Source: Mobula hypostoma (Eukaryota). From it: 64,000 nucleotides of DNA. The stretch is taken from the NCBI RefSeq assembly GCF_963921235.1, contig NC_086097.1:37574001-37638000 (forward strand), given 5' to 3'. The notes beneath the pieces were generated by a model that ran no database searches, had not been told where the DNA came from, and saw nothing but the letters and a program-made list of their open reading frames with translations. The position numbers were made by a program, and so were the translations under genes. This document shows positions 1 through 12,849 of this stretch, piece after piece; within the stretch, counting starts at the first letter, position 1, and each line of letters starts with the position of its first letter.

Positions 1-830
1 CCGAGAGAACGCTTTGTGTAGATGTGCCCAGTGGTGGGGCATATCCACTATTTTTTGCAGGATTTTCCATTAAAGGGCATTCGTGTTTCCATACCAGGCT
101 GTGATGCAGCCAGTCAATATACTCTTCACAACACATCCATAGAAGTTTGTCAAAATTTTAGATGTTATGCTGAACCATTGCACTTAGTTCGAAACTTTCT
201 TTGTCATTGCACTTACATGCTGGGCCCAGGACAGGTCTTCCAAAATGATCATCAGCAAATGTGAATAGAGCACTGGAGCTCTGCACAGCCACACAGTCAT
301 AAATGTAAGGGGGCAGAGCAGGGCACTAAGCACACAGCCTTATGGAGCACCTCTGGTGATGGAGATTGTGGAGGAAATGTTGTTGCCAATCTGAACTGAC
401 GGGTCTGAAGTGAGGAAATTGAGGATCCAATTGCACAAAGAGTTATTGAGGCCAAGGTCTTGAAACATATTGAATAGTTTTGAAGGGATAATGGTATTGA
501 ATGCCAAGCTGTGGTCTATAAAGTGCATCCTGATGTATACATCTTTGCTGTCCAGATATTCCAGGGTTGAGTGAAGAGGCAAGGAGATGCATCTGTTGTG
601 GACTTATTGCACCAATAAGCAAATTGGAGCAGAACTAAGTTGCTTCTCAGGGAGGAGTTGATATGTTTCATCACCAGCCTCTCAAAACACTTCATCACTG
701 TGGATGTAAGGCTACTGAATGATAGTCATTGAGACAGTTAACCACGTTCTTCTTAGGCACCAGCACAAGTCTAGTCCGCTTGAAGCAGGTGGGTACCTCA
801 GACCGTGATGTACCTCATAGTTAGTTGAAA
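1..830 (-). mobile_element. Rex1/Babar-type LINE reverse-transcriptase fragment (degenerate)
   Basis: Minus ORFs 516-698 (KCFERLV..HI..LQFAY..NKSTTDA) and 340-582 (LHSTLEYLDSKDVYIRMHFIDHSLAFNTIIP..LGL..CNWILNFLT) match Rex1-like RT motifs; frameshifted. Confidence 0.85.
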
Positions 831-1059
831 TTTGTGTGGAGACAACGAAGTGCAAGCTCTGAATTAATTAAAAACTGTGCAGTGAATTGCCTTGTGATTG
901 GTCAATAAAGTCATCTTAACCCTCCTCCACTGCATATCTCACCTACCACCAGCCATGCTCCACCTAATAGTGGGAGGAGGAGGACACACACCTTCAGAGC
1001 ACTAGGGCAGCTGAATGCACATGGAAGGCAGACATTACAAGAAAGCAAATAGTTGACAT

Positions 1060-1375
1060 TATTATTATAGGCATCCGTTAGTCTCATGAGACCATGGATT
1101 TACCCCTTGGAAAGTCTCCAGGGCGCAGGCCTGGGCAAGATTGTATGGAAGACCAGCAGTTGCCCATGCTGCAAGTCTCCCCTCTCCACGCCACCGATGT
1201 TGTCCAAGGGAAGGGCATTAGGACCCATACAGCTTGGCACTGGTGTCATCGCAGAGCAATGTGCGGTTAAGTGCCTTGCTCAATGGCACACACGCTGCCT
1301 CAGCCAAGGCTCGAACTAGTGACCTTCAAATCACTAGATGAATGCCTTAACCACTTGGCCACGCACCAACACGAG
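1060..1375 (-). mobile_element. tRNA-derived SINE, same family as 61780-62075
   Basis: Reverse complement begins GTGGCCAAGTGGTTAAGGCATTC (A-box-like) with GTTCGAGCC (B-box-like), then ends GACTAACGGATGCCTATAATAAT; homologous to 61780-62075 on the + strand. Confidence 0.8.
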
Positions 1376-1393
1376 TTGCCAATCTTTGACATA

Positions 1394-2935
1394 CAGTACC
1401 TATAAAAAGCATTCACCTCCCCCCCCCCGCCGAAGGCTTTTTTGACACTGATCAACAGAAAGACTCTTTCATGTCAGAGTGAAAACATCTGTACAGAGTG
1501 ATCTAAATTAATTACAAATATCAAACACAAAATAATTGATTGCATAAGTATTCACCCCCTTCAAGTCAGTATTTAGTAGATGCACCTTTGGCAGCAATTA
1601 CAGCCTTGAGTCTGTGTAGATGGGTCTCTATCAGCTTTGCACATCTGGACACTGCAATTTTCCCCATTCTTCTTTACATAACTGCTCGAGTTCTATCAGA
1701 TTGCATAGGTCTCTTGAGTGATCGGCCCTTTTCAAGTCCAGCCACAAATTCTCAGTTGGATTGAGGTCTCCAGGACATTAACTTTGTTGTTTTTAAGCCA
1801 TTCCTGTGTAGCTTTGGCTTTATACTTGGGGTCTTTGTCTTGCTGGAAAACAAATCTTCTCCCAAGTCACAGTTCTCTTGCAGACTGCATCAGGACTTCC
1901 CTGTATTTTGCTGCATTCATTTTACTCTCTCTTTTCACAAGCCTTCCAGGGCCCGCTGCAGTGAAGCATCCGCACAGCATGATGCAGCCACCACCGTGCT
2001 TCATAGTAGGGATGGTGTGTTTTTGATGATGTGTGGTGTTTGGCTTATGCCAAAGCATTTAGCCTAATGGCCAAAAAAAGTCAATTTTGGTTTCATCAGA
2101 CCGTAGAACCTTCTTCCAGCTGACTTCAGAGTCTCCCACATGCCTGCTAGCAAACTCTAACCAAGACTTCATGTGAGTTTTTTTAACAGTGGCTTTCTCC
2201 TTGCCTCTCTGCCATAAAGCTGCACTGATGAAGTACCCAGGCAACAGTTGTATGCACACACAATCTCTCCCATCTCAACCACTGAAGCTTGTAGCACCTC
2301 CAGAGTTGTCATAGGTCTTTTAGTGGCCTCCCTCACTCATCCCCTTCTTGCACGCTCGCTCAGTTTTTGAGGATGGCCTGCTCTAGGCAAATTTACAGCT
2401 GTGCCATATTCTTTCCAATTCTTGATGATTGACAACTGTACTCCAAGGGATATTCAATGACTTGGAAATTTTCTTGTACTCATCTCCTAGCTTGTGGTTT
2501 TTAATAACCTTTTCACAGAGTTGCTTGAAGTGTTCTTTTGTCTTCATGGTGTAGTTTTTGCCAGGATTCTGACCCTCCAGCATTTGGACCTTCCAGGTAC
2601 TACAGTCAATTGAAACACCTTGACAGGTCTCCAAAAACAGATTTCCATTTAACTAATTATGTGACTTCTAAAACCAATTGGCTGCATCAGTGATGATTTG
2701 GTGTGTCATACTAAAGGGGGTGAATACTAATGCAACCAATTATTTTGTGTTTTATATTTGTAATTAATTTAGATCACCTTGTAGAGATCTGTTTTCACTT
2801 TGACATGAAAGAATCGTTTTTTTGTTGATCAGTGTCAAAATCTGCCAAATTAAATCCATTGTGATTCAATGTTGTAAAACAATAAAACATTAAAACTTCC
2901 AAGGGGGCAGGGGTGAATACTTTTTATAGGCACCG
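1394..2935 (-). mobile_element. Tc1/mariner DNA transposon with IR/DR ends, both ends present, decayed transposase
   Basis: TA at 1392-1393 and 2936-2937. Left end CAGTACCTATAAAAAGCATTCACC matches the reverse complement of the right end (CGGTGCCTATAAAAAGTATTCACC). Inner repeats at about 1540-1560 and 2714-2737. Minus fragments [56 protein letters not shown]. Confidence 0.95.
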
Positions 2936-3210
2936 TATCTATGATTTTTGTTTTGGTTTAATGTATGACCATGGATTCAGATGTCGTTTTGGTGCTAGCT
3001 TTCTTTTGGCTATTATAATCACCACTATCTGTGAGGAGTTTGAACATTTCCCTTGTGACTGTGTGGTTTCCTCCATCTGCTGCAGTTTCCTCCCACATTC
3101 TAAAGACGTATGTGTTAGGAATAGTGAGCTGCTGGCATGCTATGTTCAAATTTTAAAGTTTAAAGTACATTTATTATCAAAATACGTATAAATTATACAA
3201 CCTTGAGATT

Positions 3211-3438
3211 CATAGAAACATAGAAAATAGGTGCAGGAGTAGGCCATTCGGCCCTTCGAGCCTGCACCGCCATTTATTATGATCATGGCTGATCATCCAA
3301 CTCAGAACCCAGCCTTCCCTCCATACCCCCTGACCCCTGTAGCCACAAGGGCCATATCTAACTTCCTTTTAAACATAGCTAATGAACTGGCCTCAACAGT
3401 TTGCTGTGGCAGAGAATTCCACAGATTCACCACTCTCT
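3211..3438 (-). mobile_element. Short 5'-truncated CR1 3' end (young family)
   Basis: CATAGAAACATAGAAAATAGG tail; near-identical to 6011-6250 and to the reverse complement of 23030-23264. Confidence 0.9.
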
Positions 3439-4369
3439 GGCCTGCAGGCCATCACATTAAAAAAAAGACCAAGATGCGCAGGGGAGAAAAATAACACAAA
3501 TCATGCAAACAATGTAAGCAAGCAACAGCATTCAGAATGTAAGTGAGTCCATCATTCCAAAGTCTGGAGCAGCCAGAACAGGCCCCTAGCTTTAGCCTCA
3601 GTTCATCACACAGTGAGGCAAATCACAGCAAAGCTCGATCAGTGGCAATCCTTGCTGATTTGACATGATGCAAATGCCACATTTCACTGTATATTTTGAT
3701 GTAAATAAAGCTAATATTTATCTTCCAAATGCTGTGGTAATCAGCTAAAGAAGGAAAGGTAAATGTATTAGAATGCATGGTGAAAATGCTTCTCCTAGAG
3801 GGTACTTCACATGGTATGCACAACTGGGGCCAATTTTCCAAGTTCCTCATAGCCACATAGGTTGAGTGATAAAGTTTTATTAACCATCCAACATGAATGC
3901 ACAGGAATCCAGCTGCATAACTTTCTGGTCCTGCTTAATTTCAAAAAAAGTAGTGTAACTTGAGTGAGTTTCTGAAGCATGTATGGGCCAGCTTGGTGAG
4001 TGGAAACCTTCATTCTATTAGAGACGTGCATTAGGAAGATCATACAGAAGATGATTTTTTGGAGAAAACTATGTTAGATGTTGTTTGCAGAAGTACAAAT
4101 TCCTTAATAGATTCTGTTTGTTTCTTTTGGTGCAAAAATCTTCTGCACTATCATTGTCTCCATCTCAATAATGACAAAAATATCAAGTGACAAAAATATC
4201 TCTGTAGTTGGCTCTTCCATCGTCTCAGCCAAATGTATTGATCCACCTTCACTATCAGCACATACACTCTGTGCTCATGAATCATGATGCTTCTGAAAAA
4301 CAGGCCAACTCATTTATTCACTTACCCTGGTTTGGGCTAGGGCACAGGCTGGTAAAAGGTCAATTTAAT

Positions 4370-5335
4370 GGTAGTCCTTTGGATTCAAAGAAGACACGCT
4401 ATTGTGCAGTTTATCTGTGAACACAGAGGTGGCTCTGCAGTCCCAGTCTAGCACAATGGGGACGCTGGAAGTCCGTTGTTATAATAATTGTGACTGCTGT
4501 TCTGTGACGCCGCTCACGGTTTTCCATCAGTTTTTGGCAGCGCCTGTCTTCAAAACTGGTGTAGGCTTCATAGCACAGGGCTTGCCAACGGGTTCTGTCA
4601 GCAGCCGCAGCTTCTAGTTCCCTTGGCTGTATGTCACAGTAGCGTCTTTGTAGTGCTTGCGTGGACGACCTTGAGGTCTGTTTCTGGTCTCCAGTTCACC
4701 ATAGAGCAGTTGGCGAGGCATACGGTGGTCGTCCATTCTGATGATGTGTCCCACCCACCGCATCTGGGCTCTGATGATCAGGGACTCAATGCTGGCGGAC
4801 TCCGCATGATCCAAGACCTCCAGGTTGGAGACACAGTCTTGCCAACGAATGCCAAGGATGGAGCGGAGGGCGTGCATGTGAAATTTCTCCAGTTGTTTGA
4901 TGTGTCATCAGTACAGAGGCCACATCTCACATCCATATAGGAGAGGAGGGATGACCACAGCTCTGTAGACTTTCAGCTTTGTGGAGATGCGGACGTTGTG
5001 TCGATTGAGCACTCTGGTACGCAGCCTGCCCAGAGCCTGGCTGGCCTTGCTGATCCTGGAGTCAATTTCTTTGTCCAAAGACCCATCACCCGATGATGCT
5101 TCCCAAGTATTTGAAGCTGTTTACATTTGTCAGCTGGGTGTTGTCAACAGTGATTTTTGGTTCTATGGGGTTGGTGTTTGGCATGGGCTGGTGAAGTACT
5201 TCAGTCTTTTTCAGGCTGATAGTCAGGCCAAAGGGCGTAGCAGCATCTGAGAATTTGTTCAGCATCAACTGTAGATCACTGTCTTTGTGCGCCAGGAGCG
5301 CACGGTCATCAGCAAAGAGGGACTGTATGGAGGCA
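4370..5335 (-). mobile_element. RTE-clade LINE, 3' portion
   Basis: Minus translation gives LFADD (about 5303-5320), FGLTISLKKTEVL, FKYLGS, LRSILGIRWQD..RWVGHIIRMDDHRMPRQLLYGEL..GRPRKHYKD and the C-terminus CARLGLQSHLCVHR*. Confidence 0.9.
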
Positions 5336-6010
5336 CTTCACCCGTATTAAAGTTGTCCGTGTCATATTAAAGTTGGTGAAAATGACATTAGCTGTTCATC
5401 TAAATGCTCAGTTTTGTGTTTTCCAGAAGTTCCTCGATAATTTACTAAACCAACTCTCTTGCTCACCTTAATAACTGACACTTTATTAATTTATGTCTGA
5501 GTACATGGCAATTTTGACAATCTGCAAAGCTGAATTGGCTTTTGTTCCACTTTGACCCATCTTTAACAAGCTGATATTTCCTGGCTTCCACAGTGCCACA
5601 GTATTCTTTCTATTGGTTGCAAAGTAGATCCTTTATGTGACCTTGATGTTTTCAGATCAGTGTTACTTCTCGTACTTCAGCCCTTCACTGCTTATTATTT
5701 GCTCCCATTTCTTTAACCTGAAGGGGCAGTTAAAGAAATCTAGCTAGCAAGAATACTTGCCATCACCCAAAGTCATTTTAACCACACTAAAATTCGACCG
5801 CTTAAAAAAAACTTCTCGTTCATCAACAGTAAATTCCATTTTTAAAGCCACCATACATTCCCAGAAACTTAAAATAAAAATAAAAACTGCTGGAGAAAGC
5901 AAATCAGGTAGAATCTGGGAGAGAGAAACGAAGTTAACTTTTTGAGTCTGGGAACCTACAGATGTTCAAATATTTCAAATATTCAGCATCTGTATTTTTA
6001 TTGATAATTT

Positions 6011-7455
6011 CATAGAAACATAGAAACATAGAAAATAGGTGCAGGAGTAGGCCATTCGGCCCTTCGAGCCTGCACCGCCATTTATTATGATCATGGCTGA
6101 TCATCCAACTCAGAACCCCGCCCCAGCCTTCCCTCCATACCCCCTGACCCCTGTAGCCACAAGGGCCATATCTAACTCCCTCTTAAACATAGCCAATGAA
6201 CTGGCCTCAACAGTTTGCTGTGGCAGAGAATTCCACAGATTCACCACTCTCTGTGTGAAGAAGTTTTTCCTAATCTCGGTCCTAAAAGGCTTCCCCTCTA
6301 TTCTCAAACTGTGACCCTCGTTCTGGACTTCCCCAACATCGGGAACAATCTTCCTGCATCTAGCCTGTCCAATCCCTTTAGGATCTTATACGTTTCAATC
6401 AGATCCCCCCTCAATCTTCTAAATTCCAACGAGTACAAGCCCAGTTCATCCAGTCTTTCTTCATATGAAAGTCCTGCCATCCCAGGAATCAATCTGGTGA
6501 ACCTTCTTTGTACTCCCTCTATGGCAAAGATGTCTTTCCTCAGATTAGGGGACCAAAACTGCACACAATACTCCAGGTGTGGTCTCACCAAGGCCTTGTA
6601 CAACTGCAGTAGTACCTCCCTGCTCCTGTACTCGAATCCTCTCGCTATAAATGCCAGCATACCATTCGCCTTTTTCACTGCCTTCTGTACCTGCATGCCC
6701 ACTTTCAATGACTGGTGTATAATGACACCCAGGTCTCGTTGCACCTCCCCTTTTCCTAATCGGCCACCATTCAGATAATAATCTGTTTTCCTATTTTTGC
6801 CACCAAAGTGGATAACTTCACATTTATCCACATTAAATTGCATCTGCCATGAGTTTGCCCACTCACCCAACCTATCCAAGTCACCCTGCATCCTCTTAGC
6901 ATCCTCCTCACTGCTAACACTGCCGCCCAGCTTCGTGTCATCCGCAAACTTGGAGATGCTGCATTTAATTCCCTCATCCAAGTCATTAATATATATTGTA
7001 AACAACTGGGGTCCCAGCACTGAGCCTTGCGATACCCCACTAGTCACCGCCTGCCATTCTGAAAAGGTCCCGTTTATTCCCACTCTTTGCTTCCTGTCTG
7101 CTAACCAATTCTCCACCCACACCAATACCTTACCCCCAATACCGTGTGCTTTAAGTTTGCACACTAATCTCCTGTGTGGGACCTTGTCAAAAGCCTTTTG
7201 AAAATCCAAATATACCACATCCACTGGTTCTCCCCTATCCACTCTACTAGTTACATCCTCAAAAAATTCTATGAGATTCGTCAGACATGATTTTCCTTTC
7301 ACAAATCCATGCTGACTTTGTCCGATCATTTCTCCGCTTTCCAAATGTGCTGTTATCACATCCTTGATAACTGACTCCAGCAGTTTCCCCACCACCGACG
7401 TTAGGCTAACCGGTCTATAATTCCCCGGTTTCTCTCTCCCTCCTTTTTTAAAAAT
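6011..7455 (-). mobile_element. Young 5'-truncated CR1 LINE (RT domain plus 3' tail), one frameshift
   Basis: ORF 6304-7395: QHGF..GKSC, VDVVYLDFQKAFDKVPH, QGSVLGP, KFADDTKL. (CATAGAAA)n tail at 6011. One G missing near 6316 relative to the 21.8-kb copy. Confidence 0.97.
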
Positions 7456-8000
7456 TCATTATATTAACTTGGTTTCTCCTTCCAGAACTGCCTTCTGATC
7501 TGCCACGAATTTCCAGAACTATTTGTTTTTATTGAAAATTTCCAGCATCTTCACAATACAGTGGATTCCTGTTAATTGGGCCATCAATTAACTGGTGCAG
7601 CCGCTTATTTGGGACAACTCTTAAAGAACAAAAACTAATTCAGAAAACAGGCAGGAGACCCATTGTTATTTGGGGCACTATGCTGCTTTACTGGGGCACG
7701 ACACTGTTGCCAAACAGTTGCTAACTAGCATCAGACACGCATCCTTGTGTAGGTGTCATTACACTGTGCTTACACAGTGCTTAGAGTGAACAGTTTCTAA
7801 ATAGTATTAGTTGCGTGCACTTATGTTCAAAAAGCAGTGATTTTTTTTATCACTGATAGTTGGCGAGAAATAAACAGTAGGACAATTCAAAACTGCTTTG
7901 CTTACTGCGGTTTCAGGCATTCAGGATTGGAGATGAAACAGATGGGAGTGAAAACAAAACTATTTTACTACTTCAACAAATTGGGAACTATGAAGAATTT

Positions 8001-9287
8001 TTTTAATATATAATATAATTTTTATTGAGTTTTCAAAAAGAATACATGAAAGATAAAATCTACCCTCCCCCCTCCCCTTAACCCTCCCCCCCCCCATATA
8101 TAGACCTACCTAAAAGGAAGAAGAGAAAAAAGAAGAAGAGCCGCCTGGGTATTGGAAGGTTTCCACATGCTCCATGGGATTCAAAATAAATTTGGTATAA
8201 TTATTCGTTACTTTCCCCAAGGGACCAAGATCTTTTTCGGAGCACTTAGATATGCCATCCTATCTTTTGTAAATAAGGGCGCCAAATATTCAAAAATGTT
8301 ACATATTTATCTCTTAAATTATAAGTAATTTTTTCAAGTGGAATAGAACTAGCCATTTCATTATTCCAACAATCCATACTTAAATACGAATCAGATTTCC
8401 AAGTAACTGCTATAGTCTTCTTAGCTACTGCCAATGCAATTTTTATAAATTCTTTCTGATATTTATTCAATTTAAGTTTCGGCTTTATCCCTTCAATATC
8501 ACCTAATAGAAATAATACAGGGTTATGTGGAAGTTGAGTTCCAGTAATTTGTTCCAATAAGACTCTTAGATTTATCCAAAAGGGTTGAATTTTAAAACAA
8601 GACCAAGTAGAATGTAAAAAAGTACCAATTTCTTGATTACACCGAAAGCATTTATCAGATAGATTTGAATTTAATCTATTTTTTTTGTGGTGTAATATAT
8701 AATTGGTGTAAAAAATTATATTGTACTAATCTAAGTCTAATCAAATTATATTGTACTAATCTTGTGAGAAAATTTCTAATCTATTTTTAATTTTAAATCT
8801 ATTTTTGTGGTAAAATTTCTAATCTATTTTTAATTTTTAATCTATTTATTTTTTGTGGTGTAATATATAATTGGTGTAAAAAATTATATTGTACTAATCT
8901 AAGTCTAATCAAATTATATTGTACTAATCTTGTGAGAAAATTTATTTGGAAAGGTAAAATGTCAAGAATATCATTGGAAAAATTGACATGTAAATTTGGG
9001 TTTAGGAGGGTTACAACTTCCAAACTTTAAAAATTATTATAAAGCAAATCAACTTAGATTTATTGCATCTTTCTTCGATGATCGAAAACCAGCATGGATT
9101 AAAATAGAATTAGACAAGATAGGAGAAAATAGACCTAAAGATTTTATATATAAATGGGAATCTAAATGGATACGGGAAAAGAAAGAATCTCCTATATTAA
9201 TACATTTGATTGATCTATGGAATAAGATAAATGTTGATAATGAAACACAGAAATCTCTATTAGCAAGGAGACCTTTGTTCCAAAACA
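8001..9287 (-). mobile_element. L1-clade LINE 3' fragment with 5' inversion and 15-bp TSD
   Basis: Minus: L1 ORF2 C-terminus (CFRC..GTFLHSTWSC; ORF 8246-8557) with AATAAA and an A-rich tail at about 8001-8026. Plus 8930-9287: RKFIWKGK..GGLQLPNFKNYY. TSD AACTATGAAGAATTT at 7986-8000 and 9288-9302. Confidence 0.92.
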
Positions 9288-9565
9288 AACTATGAAGAAT
9301 TTGAAGGTATCGATAATCATCTTGAATGTCACAATGAAGATTTGGAGGAGGAGATCGTTGAAAACATTGCATAAAAGCAGTGCATTATCTACACCAGGTG
9401 TCTGCACTGATTTTGTTCATTTACAGTCAAAAGAACATGGCAACTTACAGGTACACTGGATGAATTCCTCTGTCGATGATAATTAGGAACTAAAATATGT
9501 AGATTGGTAGTACTGATAGTGTTCTAATTTGTTCTGTATTTCATTTAAATACATAATTTCGTTTA

Positions 9566-10592
9566 AATCCAGTCACTAGTGGTATTCCTCAGGGGTCAGT
9601 ACTGGGACCGTTACTTTTCGCATTGTTGGTCAATGATTTGGATAATGAAATTGATGGCTTTGTGGCAAAGTTTGTGGATGATACAAAGATAGGTGAAGGG
9701 GTATATAGTGCTGAGAAAGCAATGCAATTACAGCAGGAATTAGACAAATTGGAAGAATGAGCAAAAAAATGGCAGATGGAATGCAGTGTTGGGAAATGTA
9801 TGAGAATGCATTTTGGTAAAAGGAACAATGGTGATGACTATTATCTAAATGGGGACAAATTCAAACATCAAAGTTGAAAAGGGACTTAGGAGTGCTGGTG
9901 CAAGACTCCCAGCAGGTTAATTCACAGGTTGAGTCAGTGGTAAAGAAGGCAAATGGAATGTTGGCATTTATTTCAAGGGGAATAGAATATAAAAACAAGG
10001 AGATAATACTGAAGGTTTATTAGACACTAGTCAGGCCAAACTTGGAGTATTGGCAACAGTTTTGGGATGCTTGTCTCAGAAAGGATGTATTGTCAGTGGA
10101 GAGAGTCCAGAGGAGATTCACAAGAATTATTTCAGGAATGAAGGGGTTAACATATAAGCAGTGTTTGGCAGCTTTGGACCTGCACTCACTGGAATTTCAA
10201 ACATGTATGGGGATCTCATTGAAATCTACCAAATGTTGAAAGGACTAGATAAGGTGGAACTGGACAGGATGTTTTCTGTGGTGGGGGTATCCAGAACTAG
10301 AGGGCACAGCTTCAAAATTGAAGGGAGACCTTTTAGAACAGAAGTAAGGAGGATTTTTTTTTTAGCCAAAGATTGCTAAATCTATGGAATACTCTGCCAC
10401 AGACTGCAGTGAAGGCCAAGTCCGTGGGTATATTTAAAGCGGAAGTTGAAGGATTCCTGATTGGTCGGGGCAACAAGGGATATGGTGAGAGGGCAGGCTG
10501 GTGTATGGGGTTGAATGGGATCCAGGATCAGCCATGATGAAGTGTTGGAGTAGAGTCGATGGCCTAATTCGCTCCTGAGTCTTATGGTCTTA
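9566..10592 (+). mobile_element. Older CR1 LINE 3' fragment
   Basis: Decayed VTSGIPQGSVLGP and KFVDDTK, ORFs 10042-10239 and 10161-10379 (RVQRRFTRII, SRTRGHSFKIEGRPFRTE), tail CTTATGGTCTTAT. Confidence 0.85.
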
Positions 10593-12849
10593 TACTCAGT
10601 TAAACAGTAGTTAGTCTTTTTTTATAGCTTTTTTCCATGAAACTTCAGCTAATTAGGGCAGTTGCTTAATTGGATCAAAATGTACTGGTCCCAATGTGTC
10701 CCAAGTAAGCAAAATCCACTGTATTTTCTTTTATTTCCACTCAGTGATTTTAAATTTACTAGGTGCATTATTGTTTTCAAAAATTTCATACGAATAGATT
10801 AGTTTGCAAGTCAGTAGTCCAAGGGAGCACAAGAGGCAATAAGATGAGTAGAATTAAGTTAAACATCTTCCTCTTGTCTTTGCCTACCTCGTGGCATCAT
10901 TAAACCTCTTCTTGCCCTCATAAATTGATGACTGTTGCACCCTCTGAGCCATCTTCCTGCATAAAGTGTGAACTACCCTCCAATAATTCACCCAATCTTC
11001 AAGAATCCATCAGAATTCCAAAGGAAGCAGATCCATCAAGAAATTGGGAAGCCTTTCCTGCTGATAAATTTTACCATTGAGCTTTGATTGGTCCAGTAAA
11101 ATAAAACTGCGGCTGCCCCGATCTACAGAGATGATAACCAGTTCGAGAGGATTAGCGGAAAGGTGACTCGGGTGAATAGAAACCTAGTAAGTCAATTTGT
11201 CACTTCTTTTGGGATCACATTAGTAAAGAATGTGCAATTTTTAAGTTTTCTAGAATCAATATGTATAACAGAATTGATGACCATATGAAAACCATTATCC
11301 AATTGATCAGATGTTTAATTTTTAGTTTTCATAATACAAAAGATACTTTGCCATGATTAAAAGGACAATCTGCCAGAGATAATAAGGATTACAAAGCTCA
11401 GACAGTGTGTTAGAAATCCATAGTAAATATCTGACATGCAAATTAAAGCTAGTCTTAATGGCGACAGGTCCTATTCACTGAGGAGGCTTAATCTGACTCA
11501 TTTAGAAAATATAAAATTTTCTCCATTACGGCTGAGTTAGTAAGAAGGTAGACCACAATGATTACCTAATAAAAATTATGTTAGCTCACACAGTGTATCA
11601 TAGTACACACTCTACGTAGTACACATTATTTTATAATCACTAACATTAATTAATAACAAATATTAATTTGAGCTGTACAAAATAAAGCATAAACTGCATT
11701 AATAAAGTGTCTTTCATGCTTCAGATCATCTCTAGGAATTCACAGACAGAAGTATATATTTGAGGAGTAATCATTTTGGCATTTTATCAATTTGTCTACA
11801 GCAATCTTACATAAACAATAATGTGTAGTGATAGATCAATTCATCAATAGCAATGTTACACAGTGCATGGCATACAAAGCAAAATCTTTTCACTATATCT
11901 CAGTACATGTGGTAATGACAAACCAATATCAAAATGTAAGTCAGGCAGAGAACCACCCTCTAGTTACAGTATGCAAATTCAAGAAATACCCATTAGATTT
12001 CTTTCCCTATCAAAATTGTTAATGTTGAAAGTCTCACCTCAAATCCTGCGACAGTATCTTATCATGTTAGTTTTCTTAGAAACAAATATTGGTCTGTGAT
12101 GTAAGTAAATTAAATATCTCACAGACAAAATGATGATTTCCAGTATTAATCTAATTGATCCAAAGGTGTGCAGACCAAAGCAAAGTATTCATCATTCCCT
12201 TATTCTGTAAACCCTGTTACAACACACGAAGTGTTACTGCACAAATTTCATGATGCAAAGCTCGAATAATGTAAAAGATGTGTCATTATCTTATAACCTG
12301 TGTCCTAATTCATTTGTTGTTAAGCTATCATCTATCTGACACAAACCCTGACCAGAGGGACTTACTGTTTTTTGGATTATTGTATACCAAACTGCAATAA
12401 TAAACCTTTATGTCAAGTTCAATTACTTGAAAATAAATGTAACATATTTTTTCCTCATGACAATATTTTGCATCATTCATTATCAAGGGAAATATTTATC
12501 AGCTATGAATTTTCTTAATTTGGAATATCATACTTCATAAATGTGACCTCTAAGCATAAGAGATGTTCACACAGTAAATTTCTTAAAAATATCTCTAATT
12601 GTTAGTAACATCCAAAAGCCAAATATTCTTGTTTGCAATAAAGGAAAAGATGGTTCAATATTGACAATCTCGTTGGCATAATTTATATTAGTGGTAGCAT
12701 GGTTTCATAGTGATTAGAGTGACACTATTACTGGCTGTAAGGAGTTTGTACATTCTCCCCATGATCGTTCGGGATTCCTCTTAGTGATCCAGTTTCCTCC
12801 AACATTCCAAATCCTGAGAAGGCGGGATGTCATCGAACACTCCAAATCC

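Larger units (their letters stand above)
7559..10721. mobile_element. Non-autonomous pogo/Tigger-like DNA transposon hosting nested L1 and CR1 insertions
   Basis: TA|CAGTGGATTCCTGTTAATTGGG at 7557-7580 and CCCAAGTAAGCAAAATCCACTG|TA at 10700-10723 form imperfect TIRs with a TA duplication; subterminal TAATTGGG-like motifs on both sides. Confidence 0.75.

Noticed and set aside
3623..4043. Two overlapping minus ORFs, perhaps an ancient LINE remnant
   Set aside because: No diagnostic motif I can support.
4326..4412. Apparent minus-strand exon (DKLHNSVSSLNPKDYH*) with GTAAGT donor
   Set aside because: The acceptor is the end of the RTE ORF (LQSHLCVHR*), and what follows is mostly RTE 3' UTR.
6087..7201. 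Plus-strand ORFs of 187 and 134 aa (and mirrors at 22079-23188)
   Set aside because: Antisense shadows of CR1 ORF2.
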